Of a DNA stretch of 46,958 nucleotides, positions 7,351-16,768 are shown piece after piece. Positions within the stretch are counted from its first letter, which is position 1. Each line of letters opens with the position of its first letter. Source of the stretch: a virus; IMG/VR virus record IMGVR_UViG_3300042731_006922, positions 1-46,958 of that record, one strand, 5' to 3'. The notes beneath the pieces are model-generated. The model saw only the letters and a program-made list of their open reading frames with translations. It ran no database searches and was not told the DNA's origin. Both the position numbers and the translations under genes were made by a program.

Positions 7351-7713
7351 ATGGAGGCGCGGGATATACGAAAAAAGTTCTTAGAGGATAACGCAGAGTT
7401 TGTTCTGGATGAAGTACGAACAGTTTTAAGGGGGGAGGGTGATTATAAACATAAATCACAAGATCTATTTGATACTGTTTTTGATATGATTAGAAAGATA
7501 ATTGAAAAGACTGACGAGATTCAAAGTATACAAGCTAAAAATACAACAGATGTTATTAGGCTACTTACACAAGGAAAAATAACACCAAAAGAAGCGTATC
7601 AATTAATAAATATGCTAAAAACAAAAATCGATATGCGGAAAGAAAAATTGAAAGTGGATGAACTAACAACTAAAGTTAGAACTCAAAAACAACTTTTAAG
7701 GATGATAAAGTAA
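7351..7713 (+). CDS. hypothetical protein (120 aa)
   Basis: Strong AAGGAG SD; first ORF after the non-coding region. Confidence 0.6.
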   Translation: MEARDIRKKFLEDNAEFVLDEVRTVLRGEGDYKHKSQDLFDTVFDMIRKIIEKTDEIQSIQAKNTTDVIRLLTQGKITPKEAYQLINMLKTKIDMRKEKLKVDELTTKVRTQKQLLRMIK

Positions 7714-7892
7714 TGGAAAGATTAATTGAAGTTTGGAGAACATGCGGCTGCAGTATTGGAAAAATATCAAAAGATAGAAATGAATTAAATAGTACACCAA
7801 CTACAAAGAGTAAACTTTTAGATAAATTTATGAATATGAAAAGTGTAATTAAAAATACACCAGAATCGGAAGATATTAAATGGGAAAAATAA
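7713..7892 (+). CDS. hypothetical protein (59 aa, not in the ORF track)
   Basis: TAATG overlap with the upstream gene. Hand translation MERLIEVWRTCGCSIGK...DIKWEK. Confidence 0.4.
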   Translation: MERLIEVWRTCGCSIGKISKDRNELNSTPTTKSKLLDKFMNMKSVIKNTPESEDIKWEK

Positions 7893-8296
7893 ATGTTAAA
7901 GATAAAGGGCGTGCTGGTGAGTTAGAGGCTTGTCGGTGGCTTAGAGATGTCCTTAATTTGGATTTTTTACCAAAGCGAACTCTAGATCAGACTCGGGAGG
8001 GAGGGGCTGATATACGTGATATACAACCCCTCCTGATTGAAGTTAAAAGACAGGAGATACTTAAAAAACATGATTGGTGGATCCAAGTTGCGTCAAAATG
8101 TAAATATGATCTCAATATAGTCCCGGTGGTCATGTATCGGCAAAATCATAAACCTTGGAAATTTCTTATTAGTGCTAATCATATCGGAGTATCAACAGGT
8201 TATATCGACCTTACTGGTGCGATATTTGAAAAATGGGCAAGAGATCTAATTAAAAGAATTTCTTTAATCAATGTCTCAACTTATATGATACAATAA
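7880..8296 (+). CDS. PD-(D/E)XK nuclease, Holliday-junction-resolvase-like
   Basis: 138 aa. GRAGELEACRWL, then GGADIRD, then LLIEVKRQ, which gives an E...D...ExK arrangement. Sits just upstream of the terminase genes. Confidence 0.55.
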   Translation: MGKINVKDKGRAGELEACRWLRDVLNLDFLPKRTLDQTREGGADIRDIQPLLIEVKRQEILKKHDWWIQVASKCKYDLNIVPVVMYRQNHKPWKFLISANHIGVSTGYIDLTGAIFEKWARDLIKRISLINVSTYMIQ

Positions 8297-8306
8297 TGTT
8301 TCAAAC

Positions 8307-8335
8307 TTGACACACTTTTGAATTGACATTATATT
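8307..8335 (+). promoter_or_regulatory. sigma70-type promoter, TTGACA-17 nt-TATATT, upstream of the packaging genes
   Basis: TTGACA at 8307-8312, TATATT at 8330-8335, and ATG of the next gene at 8368. Confidence 0.55.
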
Positions 8336-8367
8336 TAGAACATTATAAAAATATTCAAAAACTCAAT

Positions 8368-8931
8368 ATGACTGAATCTATAGATGCTTTAATATTAAAA
8401 CTTTCAATACTAAATAAGGGGATTGAAAATAGCAAAATTGATCTGCTCTTACATACTTATAAATTGAACTCCCAAAAATGCATCAAAGAAGCCAGACAAA
8501 CAGTGGAAAAATATAATGACAATGATTTTCATTCCGAATATTCTATTATAGCCTGTAATGTCCTTTCAAGTAGTCCTTTTTCATCAAAGATACATTTGTG
8601 TCAATCATTAAAATGTAATAAATCAACTTTAGATACTTGGTATCGAACAAAGATTGAATTCATGCAAAAAGTTGATGAAGGCTTTATCAATGGAGAGGTC
8701 TTAGCAAGAGATTTGATGTTAATGTTATCAGTAGCCCCAGCCTCAAAGGTTAATACAAACTTAATTAAGATATTAGCTAATAATGTATATAGTATTGAAG
8801 AACAGGCCACGCAAGCTCCTATTGAAGTAAACGTTAATACTAAGGTTGATATAGAAGAAGAGTTGAAAAAACGTGGTATACCGTTGCCTGAAATCGGAAT
8901 AGAGGATTTGAATGAAACTCAATCATTCTGA
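8368..8931 (+). CDS. putative terminase small subunit
   Basis: Position immediately upstream of and overlapping terL. HTH-like stretch CNKSTLDTWYRTKIEF. Start set at the first ATG (the track uses TTG 8323). Confidence 0.45.
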   Translation: MTESIDALILKLSILNKGIENSKIDLLLHTYKLNSQKCIKEARQTVEKYNDNDFHSEYSIIACNVLSSSPFSSKIHLCQSLKCNKSTLDTWYRTKIEFMQKVDEGFINGEVLARDLMLMLSVAPASKVNTNLIKILANNVYSIEEQATQAPIEVNVNTKVDIEEELKKRGIPLPEIGIEDLNETQSF

Positions 8932-10372
8932 CATAGACCTTCTAGAAAATTACTGGATAGAAAAATCCAGAAAGAATTTTTTAGCTTACCGTATGTATAT
9001 GAGATACGGTGATTTTAAATATGGTTGGTTTATTACGGATCTATGCAGAAGGTTACAAAAGTTTTATATTGATTATTTAAACGGCAATCGTCCTGTTTTA
9101 ATCATCAGCACACCTCCGCAACACGGCAAAAGTTGGACTGTTTCTGATTTTATTACCTGGTTAAGTGGACGGCATTCAGAATTAAGAATTATTTTTAGTA
9201 GTTTTTCGCAGTATTTAGGTATTAGGTGTAACACATGGTGTCAGCGAGCTTTTGAAAGTGTGAAATTTAATAAAGTATTTCCTGATTTTATGTTTTCTGA
9301 TATGAATAGAAGAACTACTATTAAAGGATTAAAACGTAATAGTGATATAATTGAATTTACTAGCGGAGATCAAATAGGTTATTTTCGTAATACGACAGTT
9401 GGGGGTTCAGTGACGGGTGAGACTTTTGATATAGGTGTAATAGATGACCCTGTTAAGGGGCGTGAAGAGGCCAATTCCCCGGTTATTTCAGAAAAAACAT
9501 GGAACTGGTATCAGGATGATTTTGATACGCGCGCAAGCGAAAATTCAGCGCAAATTATCATCATGACAAGATGGAGTACCACTGATCTTGCTCAACGAAT
9601 AATTGATAATGATAAAAAAGTTCAAGTATTAAATTATAAGGCTATTGCTACAACAAGAGAAGTAAATAGAGAAGAAGGCGAACCGCTTTTTCCGGAATTA
9701 AAATCCCTTCAATTCTTAGAAGAAAAGAAAAGAAGAACTCATCAATCTAATTGGGAAGCTCTTTGGCAAGGTAATCCCACTATTACTGGTGGTAATATCA
9801 TAAAGGATAACTGGTGGCAGTGGTGGAAAGTATTACCTCCATTAAAGTATAAGTTTATTACTGCCGATACAGCTCAAAAGACTAAAAACATGCATGATTA
9901 TAGTGTTTTGCAATGTTGGGGAGTAGGATTAGATAAAAGAATTTATCTTTTAGATAAAATAAGAGAAAAATGGGAATCTCCGGAATTGCTTAAAGAAGCT
10001 AAAATATTTTATAATAAGCATAATATAAAAAAGAAAAAAGTAAATGACCCTGTTTTAAGAGCTATGTATATTGAAGATAAATCAAGTGGTTCAGGTCTTA
10101 TTCAGCACTTATCAAGATTGAATATCCCTGTACAAGAAATACAAAGAAGTACAGATAAAGTAAATAGGGCAATGGATGCCTCTCCTTTTATTGAGATGGG
10201 TTTAGTTGTATTAAATACTGAAATAAATGGTATAGGTAATTTAACTAAAGAAGCAAGAGAATTTCCTAACAGTGAATTTGATGATGATATTGACACCTTA
10301 GTAACGGCTATTGAAGTTACGTACATTAATGAAGATATATATAACAGTTTACAGGCGGCAATGGAAGCATGA
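8912..10372 (+). CDS. terL: terminase large subunit
   Basis: 486 aa; Walker A PPQHGKSW; Walker B IGVIDDP; C-terminal nuclease-like acidic motifs ITADTAQK and IEDKSSG. Confidence 0.9.
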   Translation: MKLNHSDIDLLENYWIEKSRKNFLAYRMYMRYGDFKYGWFITDLCRRLQKFYIDYLNGNRPVLIISTPPQHGKSWTVSDFITWLSGRHSELRIIFSSFSQYLGIRCNTWCQRAFESVKFNKVFPDFMFSDMNRRTTIKGLKRNSDIIEFTSGDQIGYFRNTTVGGSVTGETFDIGVIDDPVKGREEANSPVISEKTWNWYQDDFDTRASENSAQIIIMTRWSTTDLAQRIIDNDKKVQVLNYKAIATTREVNREEGEPLFPELKSLQFLEEKKRRTHQSNWEALWQGNPTITGGNIIKDNWWQWWKVLPPLKYKFITADTAQKTKNMHDYSVLQCWGVGLDKRIYLLDKIREKWESPELLKEAKIFYNKHNIKKKKVNDPVLRAMYIEDKSSGSGLIQHLSRLNIPVQEIQRSTDKVNRAMDASPFIEMGLVVLNTEINGIGNLTKEAREFPNSEFDDDIDTLVTAIEVTYINEDIYNSLQAAMEA

Positions 10373-11298
10373 GTAGAAAACATATAAATAACGGTGATGC
10401 ATGGGTTAAAAAAAGATTACAGGGAAAAACTGTCAATAGTAAACCTGTTGTAAAAACATCTATACCAGATGTAAAAAATTATACAGTTCCTAAAGGTACG
10501 ATAGAAAAAGGCAGTAGACAAAATATAAATGTAGGTGAGACCGGACTAGTAGTTAGAACTAAAATTAATGAAAATTTTATTGAAACGTATAAATCTAATT
10601 TAGGTATTCAAAGAATTAAGATAGAGTGGAATTCTGTTTCTTCCTTAATTTTTAGAGCTGGTTATTTGGAGATTGCTGAAACAATATATGAAATATCTTC
10701 ACAATTTATTAAAACCGGTATAACTGGATTAACCGCTTCTACATGGTATTATATTTACGTAAATCCGCCTACAAGTAGTATAGAAATAACAACTACACAA
10801 ATAGAGATAGAAGATACTGAACCGGTTTTAAATGATTCATTAATGGCCTATTACCATCCTACTGAAACCACTTGGAGATGTATTGGGGTAATTTATTCTG
10901 ATGGAGGTTCAAATATTCGAGCATTTCATCTAGAAAATAATCAATATTTTTATGAAACTGAATTTGTAGATTATGATACGACTTCTTTGCCTGATATCGC
11001 TACTGTTGTAAATTTTACAATGCCTCCTATTACTAGATATGTAATGGCTACTGTAATACTTAGAGATACTAATACTGATGATAATGTTTCAGCCTATTAT
11101 AATAATACTGGAACATTAGCTATTCAAAAAGTAGCGGCATACGTATACTTAGATACTAATACATCATTTTCTAATCAGATATTTGTTACAAATACAAGTC
11201 AACAAGGTTATTTTAGAAAATCAATAGTTACAGGTAATAACGCTAATTTTACAGTCAGAACAACAGGCTTTATATTACCTAGTGAATTTTACAATTAG
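10369..11298 (+). CDS. fibre-associated or receptor-binding-like structural protein (putative)
   Basis: 309 aa, T/N/S-rich. ATGA overlap with terL. First gene of the fibre-like module. Confidence 0.5.
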   Translation: MSRKHINNGDAWVKKRLQGKTVNSKPVVKTSIPDVKNYTVPKGTIEKGSRQNINVGETGLVVRTKINENFIETYKSNLGIQRIKIEWNSVSSLIFRAGYLEIAETIYEISSQFIKTGITGLTASTWYYIYVNPPTSSIEITTTQIEIEDTEPVLNDSLMAYYHPTETTWRCIGVIYSDGGSNIRAFHLENNQYFYETEFVDYDTTSLPDIATVVNFTMPPITRYVMATVILRDTNTDDNVSAYYNNTGTLAIQKVAAYVYLDTNTSFSNQIFVTNTSQQGYFRKSIVTGNNANFTVRTTGFILPSEFYN

Positions 11299-11307
11299 GA
11301 GAAAATA

Positions 11308-11592
11308 ATGGCTCAAATTGTAATAAATGCAGATGGAGAATATTTTTTACCTACAGGTACAAGTGGTAATGTCACTGCTCATGCTGTTTCTACTGTCATG
11401 ATAAAGGAAAATAGCGCGGGGGCTACAACCGAATATGGTCTAGCTGATGAAAATGATAATTTTGTAGCTTACCCTAATGGAGTTATACCCGTAGGCGATA
11501 TTATTTTACATGGAATAGGTATTAAATTAATGGTAAGAGTTTCGGGGATTACTTCAGATAGTGTTACAATTGACGTGGCAAGGCACATATAA
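11308..11592 (+). CDS. hypothetical protein (94 aa)
   Basis: TAGGAG-N6-ATG junction. Confidence 0.55.
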   Translation: MAQIVINADGEYFLPTGTSGNVTAHAVSTVMIKENSAGATTEYGLADENDNFVAYPNGVIPVGDIILHGIGIKLMVRVSGITSDSVTIDVARHI

Positions 11593-11601
11593 GGGGGAAT
11601 T

Positions 11602-14600
11602 ATGCCTATTATTGGAGGGGGAGGTATAATAGGGGGAGGCAGCGGTGGCGCGTCTCCTGACACAACCACTTTTGAGCGTATACCATATAAAGATGGTGTG
11701 GGTGTATTTGCCAATTCACCGTTATATTTTGATACTTCTGAAGATAAGGTTGTTTGTGATGTTACTTTCGAAGTTCCTAGTGGTACTCTCGCCATAGGTG
11801 AAACAACTAACTTATCTGCTGGTGGTACGTTAATTTTATCAAATGAAATAAATGATACAAATACTTACACCATATCATCTGAATGGGATTCTACGGGTTC
11901 ATCTGAACCTGTTTATTTAGATTTAGATCCTGAATCAATACTAGATATTCAATTAGATTTTAGTCAGACTATAACAGCTAATCCTCTAACGTGGTCTATT
12001 ACAGGTACTGTCATACTTCCGAAAAAGCGTCAAGTAAATGCTTTCCGAATAAAAACCGGAGCGGCAATGACCAATGTTCGGTTAAGACTTGTTGATAATA
12101 TAACCGGTATACCAGTTCGATATATACCCTCAAAAGCTGATTGGAACGCTAGCACGGGGTTAAGTTTAATACCTGGAGATAATGAGCTTAATTTTGTTTC
12201 AACAGCACCTAGTACTCCTGGTCAATATAATATAGGTGTAAATCCTTATATTATTGAAAATGGTCAACAAATTGATATTGAATTAAGGGCTGATACTGTT
12301 TCTATACTAGGTGATGCATTAGGGGAACCCTACCAGCAGGCAGATATTCAAGATTATCTTGAAACGTCAATGATTATTAATCCTGCTGGAATTGATAGGG
12401 CTATTCAATATAATAATGCGGGCGTTTTTGGTGGAGAGGGTAATTTTATATATACAAGACCTTCGGATGTCCCTATCCTGACATTAGAATCTAATAGTTT
12501 AACTGGTGGCGCTGAAATAAAATTTAATGATTCTACGACAGCAACTAAAGTTTCTTTTAGATTTTTTGAAGCTGAAAACAACTTTATTTTGAATACTGCA
12601 ACAGATATAGAATCATTTTTATTTTTTGGAGACAATCTAAATGTAAATGTAGTGGGTGATTATACGATAACTTTCCAAAATGATGAAGCGGTTTTTTTAA
12701 TCAATGATTTTGCGGGAGGTTATGCTTTTTCTTTTAGTAATGCGTTAGCAAATACCTTACCTTTATTAGTTCTAACTAAAACAGGGCCTCAAGGCGGGAC
12801 TTCTCAAATCTTTACTAGTACTGTATCACCTGAGGGGGCTATATCCGGTAACGGGGGCGATCTTTGCATTGTTGACGCGGGGGTGAATTCTGACTTTTTT
12901 CTAAAAAGATCTGATGGGGGTAATACTGGATGGGTTGATTTTCTTCATAGTACAAGCGGGGTAAAGGGCCCGGCAACCTCTACAGATAATGCTATAGCAA
13001 CATGGAATGGCGTGGATGGAAGTGCTATAAATGATTCATATGCTTCAGTTGTATCTGATGCGAATACAACGCATTTATACGTAAATTCAGTATCAGCTAG
13101 CGGACAGTCTCTTCTTACTTTACGTAATAATGCCTCTGCTAATAGATTCTCTATCAATTATAATCAAGCTTTAAACGATGTATTTATAAGTTCTTCTTCT
13201 ACTGTACCTATTTTTGTTAATTCTGGAAATAGGTTGTTACTTGAAGCAAATGAAAGAATTGATATTGAAGCATTAGGAGATTACGCTATAACTATAGATA
13301 ATGATGAGGCGACTTTTTCAATTAGTACATCTACTAATGACTATTATTTTAGTTTTAGCAACACCTTAGACGGAACTGTACCTCTTATGAATTTTGCGAA
13401 AGCAGGACTTAATGGGGGTTCTTCAAAATGGTTTTTTTCAACAGTATCTCCTGAAACGGTTATAACAGGTAATGGAGGAGATCTTTGTATAGTTAATGCG
13501 GGAGTGAATTCAAATATATACCTTAAATTACAAAATGCAACTAATACTAACTGGCAATCATTATTAGGTGATGTCATAGGTCCTGCTACTTCTACCGATA
13601 GTGCAGTTGCTCTTTTTGATGGTACGACAGGAAAACTTTTAAAATCCTCTTCATTAGTTACTGTCAGTGAAGCTACACAGACGGAATTAAGATTAAAGTC
13701 TCCTAGCGCTACTTTAGGATCTCAAATAGTATTTGAAAGTTTTGGTGGAGGCAATCTTACACTTTTTCAATATGATGAAAATGCCTTAGAAACGTCTTTA
13801 ATATTAACTGGAACTTTGCATTCTTTTAATTTAGAAACGACCGGATTCATAGATTTTAGAGCTATCGATGATGATGATATTAGACTTAGAAACGATAGTT
13901 CAAGTTATACTATTTACGGTTCAACACAGAGTTACCTTCATCAAATAACGAACAATCAGCCTAATACGAATGCTCTTATTCGATTTTCTCAAACAGGTGT
14001 TAATGGAGGTTCTTCTGACATACATTTCAGTACTGTAGCACCAGAAGGAGTAATCTCTGGAGTAGGAGGTGCTTTATGTCTAGTTAAAGCCGGTATAAAT
14101 TCAGATTTATATATTAAAAGAACTGACACAGGCAATACCGGTTGGGCAGATTTCTTGCATGGGGCAAGCGGGGTTCAAGGGCCAGCAGTTTCGGTTGATA
14201 ATGCTATAGCTACTTGGGACGGTACAGATGGATTAACTCTTAATAATACTACTGTTTATGTAGACTCAGATGTAAATAGTACTTTTTTATATGTTGATAA
14301 TATTACTGCAAGTGGGCAATCGAGCATAAATCTTAGAACAAATGCAGGGGCGTCAAGATTTATTGCAAGATATAATCAGACATTAAATGATGTTTTTTTA
14401 ATTAGTACTACGGGAGTTGATTTTTTTGTAACTTCAGGAGGTAGATTAGATCTCGGGGGCGCGGGAGTTGTAGTATTAAATACTACAACAAATAACACTG
14501 TTACTATTGCAAATAATGATGCTACCTTTTTAGTAAATGATTCTGCCGGTAATTATACTTTTGATTTTTCGAATAGTGCTATAGGGACTAATCCTCTTTT

Positions 14601-15711
14601 AAGTTTTCGAAAAACTGGTCTTTTTGGAGGTACTTCTAGATTGTTTGTTACGTCAACTTCTCCCTTAGGCAGTATATCTGCCAATGGAGGGGATTTGGCT
14701 ATTATTGACGCTGGCATACTTTCTAATTTATATCTAAAAAGAGTGGACGGGGGCACCGGGGGCTGGAACGTATGTATTACTAGTGCAACTGAAAGTTCAA
14801 CATTAAACGCAATACCTTCTTTTGACGTGACAACAGGCAATTCCTTAACTCCCATAAATACAGCTACATTACAAGCGGATACTACTAGTACATTTATTGA
14901 CTTGAGACCAGTTACTTCAGCAGGTAATGCGGAAATTAATTATAGAACTACCGGCGGCGCTTTAAAGGCGCAATTATACTATGATGAAGATGTTGATACA
15001 TATAATATAGAAACTGATACAGCAGCATTAAATTTTGGTAACTTTGGAGGGCCACTACGATTTACTAGTATAAGTGCGGATTCTGATTTATATATTCGAA
15101 ATGCGACTCCCGTTGGAATAGTAACTGGAAATCCTGGTGATCTATCGATTGTTGCAAGTGGTACTTCATCTGGAATATATGTTCATGAGGGTAGTGCTGC
15201 AAATAATACCGATTGGTATAAAGTCATAACCAAAGGTAATGATACATCTCTTGCAAGTATTTTTAGATTAGATGGTGACGGTAATAGTCCACCACGAACA
15301 TTATCTGCAATTCCAGTTCAAATTATCGATTTCACCACAGATGGAGATGATAACGGGTTACTTACTTCAGATCAAGCAAATAATGAAATAGTAATTGATT
15401 CTGTGGTGGATACGGTAAATGGTGATTTATATGAAATTAGTGTAACTATGTCTGTTCAATGTAGTAATACCAATAGAGAAGTTATACTACAAATATATTA
15501 TAGTAATGGTGTAACTGACGTAGCAACAAATATTCGAACACGGAGTTTTTTTGACAGTGCAAATGAGTTTTACAGTAAAAAAATATCTGGACCTGCTCGA
15601 GGGCCGTCAACAATAACTGGTACAGGAGCATTTAAAGTATTTTTTTCTAGTACAGACACGGGTTCACTTATTTTTAGAGAATTGATATTTACTGCCAAGC
15701 GGTTATTATAG
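11602..15711 (+). CDS. giant repeat-containing fibre or surface protein (1369 aa)
   Basis: Gly-rich N-terminus. Five recurrences of GxGGDLxIVxAG...Y(L/I)K...G(W)... . G/S/T/N-rich composition typical of fibres. Confidence 0.7.
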   Translation: MPIIGGGGIIGGGSGGASPDTTTFERIPYKDGVGVFANSPLYFDTSEDKVVCDVTFEVPSGTLAIGETTNLSAGGTLILSNEINDTNTYTISSEWDSTGSSEPVYLDLDPESILDIQLDFSQTITANPLTWSITGTVILPKKRQVNAFRIKTGAAMTNVRLRLVDNITGIPVRYIPSKADWNASTGLSLIPGDNELNFVSTAPSTPGQYNIGVNPYIIENGQQIDIELRADTVSILGDALGEPYQQADIQDYLETSMIINPAGIDRAIQYNNAGVFGGEGNFIYTRPSDVPILTLESNSLTGGAEIKFNDSTTATKVSFRFFEAENNFILNTATDIESFLFFGDNLNVNVVGDYTITFQNDEAVFLINDFAGGYAFSFSNALANTLPLLVLTKTGPQGGTSQIFTSTVSPEGAISGNGGDLCIVDAGVNSDFFLKRSDGGNTGWVDFLHSTSGVKGPATSTDNAIATWNGVDGSAINDSYASVVSDANTTHLYVNSVSASGQSLLTLRNNASANRFSINYNQALNDVFISSSSTVPIFVNSGNRLLLEANERIDIEALGDYAITIDNDEATFSISTSTNDYYFSFSNTLDGTVPLMNFAKAGLNGGSSKWFFSTVSPETVITGNGGDLCIVNAGVNSNIYLKLQNATNTNWQSLLGDVIGPATSTDSAVALFDGTTGKLLKSSSLVTVSEATQTELRLKSPSATLGSQIVFESFGGGNLTLFQYDENALETSLILTGTLHSFNLETTGFIDFRAIDDDDIRLRNDSSSYTIYGSTQSYLHQITNNQPNTNALIRFSQTGVNGGSSDIHFSTVAPEGVISGVGGALCLVKAGINSDLYIKRTDTGNTGWADFLHGASGVQGPAVSVDNAIATWDGTDGLTLNNTTVYVDSDVNSTFLYVDNITASGQSSINLRTNAGASRFIARYNQTLNDVFLISTTGVDFFVTSGGRLDLGGAGVVVLNTTTNNTVTIANNDATFLVNDSAGNYTFDFSNSAIGTNPLLSFRKTGLFGGTSRLFVTSTSPLGSISANGGDLAIIDAGILSNLYLKRVDGGTGGWNVCITSATESSTLNAIPSFDVTTGNSLTPINTATLQADTTSTFIDLRPVTSAGNAEINYRTTGGALKAQLYYDEDVDTYNIETDTAALNFGNFGGPLRFTSISADSDLYIRNATPVGIVTGNPGDLSIVASGTSSGIYVHEGSAANNTDWYKVITKGNDTSLASIFRLDGDGNSPPRTLSAIPVQIIDFTTDGDDNGLLTSDQANNEIVIDSVVDTVNGDLYEISVTMSVQCSNTNREVILQIYYSNGVTDVATNIRTRSFFDSANEFYSKKISGPARGPSTITGTGAFKVFFSSTDTGSLIFRELIFTAKRLL
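12390..15190 (+). repeat. In-frame tandem repeats within the 1369-aa ORF
   Basis: Anchor motif starts at 12847, 13468, 14059, 14680 and 15127, giving spacings of 621, 591, 621 and 447 nt. Alternate units are each 1212 nt apart. Confidence 0.85.
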
Positions 15712-15720
15712 GAGGTAAAA

Positions 15721-16023
15721 GTGGCAACTCAAAAAGAATTATTCGTAAATAGTTTGCTACAAGTAGCGCAAAAATTTGCTTTTGAGGTAATGGATAAAGT
15801 CGTTGATATAGATTCGCAGTATTTTGATAATGGATATGACGCTGTAGGTTCAAATCCTATTATAGACGCTGATTTAACAAATTACAACGGTTTGACGGCT
15901 GCACAAGTAGCAAGTGTTATCACAGCTTTTCAACAATTGAATAACTTTGCTAATAATATCGCAGTTACAACAGGCGATTATTCAGTAACTTTTAATACTG
16001 TTAGAAATGCAAAAATTACTTAA
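15721..16023 (+). CDS. hypothetical protein (100 aa)
   Basis: GTG start 9 nt after TAGGAGG. Confidence 0.5.
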   Translation: MATQKELFVNSLLQVAQKFAFEVMDKVVDIDSQYFDNGYDAVGSNPIIDADLTNYNGLTAAQVASVITAFQQLNNFANNIAVTTGDYSVTFNTVRNAKIT

Positions 16024-16032
16024 AGGAAGAAT

Positions 16033-16182
16033 ATGCAATTTACAAGAGAAGAATTAATTTTTTTAATACAAACATTATCTCAAGTTCACTTTAAAATTGG
16101 TCAAAGTGATAATCTAAAAATGGCTGAAAATATTAACGGAAAGATACAAAAAGAACTACAAAAATCAGGGGAATCTACATAG
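16033..16182 (+). CDS. hypothetical protein (49 aa, not in the ORF track)
   Basis: AAGGAAG SD. Hand translation MQFTREELIFLIQTLSQVHF...SGEST. Confidence 0.4.
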   Translation: MQFTREELIFLIQTLSQVHFKIGQSDNLKMAENINGKIQKELQKSGEST

Positions 16183-16191
16183 GAGTACAGT

Positions 16192-16392
16192 ATGGCAGCT
16201 ATAGAGAACGAAAATGATACAAGTTTTTTAGTTTCTGGTAATGTTATTCTATGCTCAAAAACTTTAAGTAATGAAGGTATTTATGAACTAACATTTGTAA
16301 CTACTGAACCTTCGAATAGAAAAGTTACTTTTAGCTATGATGACGAAACAGCTAGAGATACCGCTTACGATACGATAAAAGCGGCTGTTTAA
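16192..16392 (+). CDS. hypothetical protein (66 aa)
   Basis: TAGGAG-N6-ATG junction. Confidence 0.5.
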   Translation: MAAIENENDTSFLVSGNVILCSKTLSNEGIYELTFVTTEPSNRKVTFSYDDETARDTAYDTIKAAV

Positions 16393-16421
16393 CCAATTTT
16401 AATAAAAAGGAGTGTAAAGGT

Positions 16422-16706
16422 ATGAGTTGTCCTATTACTATCACTGGTGATGCTAATATTAATTGTAATGATGTATTGGCTTGTTATTGTGGTTTTTTAA
16501 GAAATGATCAAAATAAAGAGCGGGTTAGTAAATGTGATATTTCTTCGTATTATGCAGAAGATGTTACAAGTGACCCAGAGGGAGATTTTCATATTGTTTT
16601 TAAAATGAAAAACGGCAATATAATTGTATGGAAATTTTTTACTGCTGCTGAAAGAGATACTGTACTGGCTAATATAGATAATGTGTTAACAACTACAGAC
16701 GTATAA
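16422..16706 (+). CDS. hypothetical protein (94 aa)
   Basis: AAGGAG SD. Its C-terminal half (TAAERDTVLANIDNVL) resembles that of the preceding 66-aa ORF (ETARDTAYDTIKAAV). Confidence 0.5.
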   Translation: MSCPITITGDANINCNDVLACYCGFLRNDQNKERVSKCDISSYYAEDVTSDPEGDFHIVFKMKNGNIIVWKFFTAAERDTVLANIDNVLTTTDV

Positions 16707-16731
16707 TATAATAAATCATACTTGCCAACAT

Positions 16732-16756
16732 AGTGACTGCTATTGGGGCAGTCACT
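16732..16756 (+). other. 9-bp stem hairpin between the fibre-like module and the portal gene
   Basis: AGTGACTGC (16732-16740) pairs with GCAGTCACT (16748-16756) around a 7-nt loop. Only a weak T-tract follows. Confidence 0.5.
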
Positions 16757-16768
16757 TTAAAGGTTATA

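Noticed and set aside
11469-14855. Minus-strand ORFs from the track inside the 1369-aa gene (11469-11795, 12405-12635, 12945-13157, 13344-13577, 14553-14855). Similar antisense ORFs lie within other large plus-strand genes (6755-6940, 8601-8810, 10102-10383, 16823-17193, 18945-19199, 20620-20871, 21469-21669, 22389-22936, 23787-23975, 25471-26064, 26244-26447, 26838-28076, 30639-31457, 33575-33796).
   Set aside because: They lie entirely antisense to long, well-supported genes in a strictly unidirectional block. They lack SD sequences and have low-complexity translations typical of shadow ORFs.
11602-15711. Diversity-generating retroelement targeting the repeat-rich fibre gene
   Set aside because: No reverse transcriptase ORF and no non-coding template repeat were seen anywhere in the window. 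The repeats are in-frame protein repeats.
10369-16392. Six consecutive ORFs in one reading frame separated by single stop codons, a possible readthrough polyprotein
   Set aside because: Each stop (a mix of TAG and TAA) is fused to a good SD, and a start codon follows exactly 9 nt after the stop. The shared frame is therefore a by-product of the fixed stop-N9-start spacing, not evidence of readthrough.
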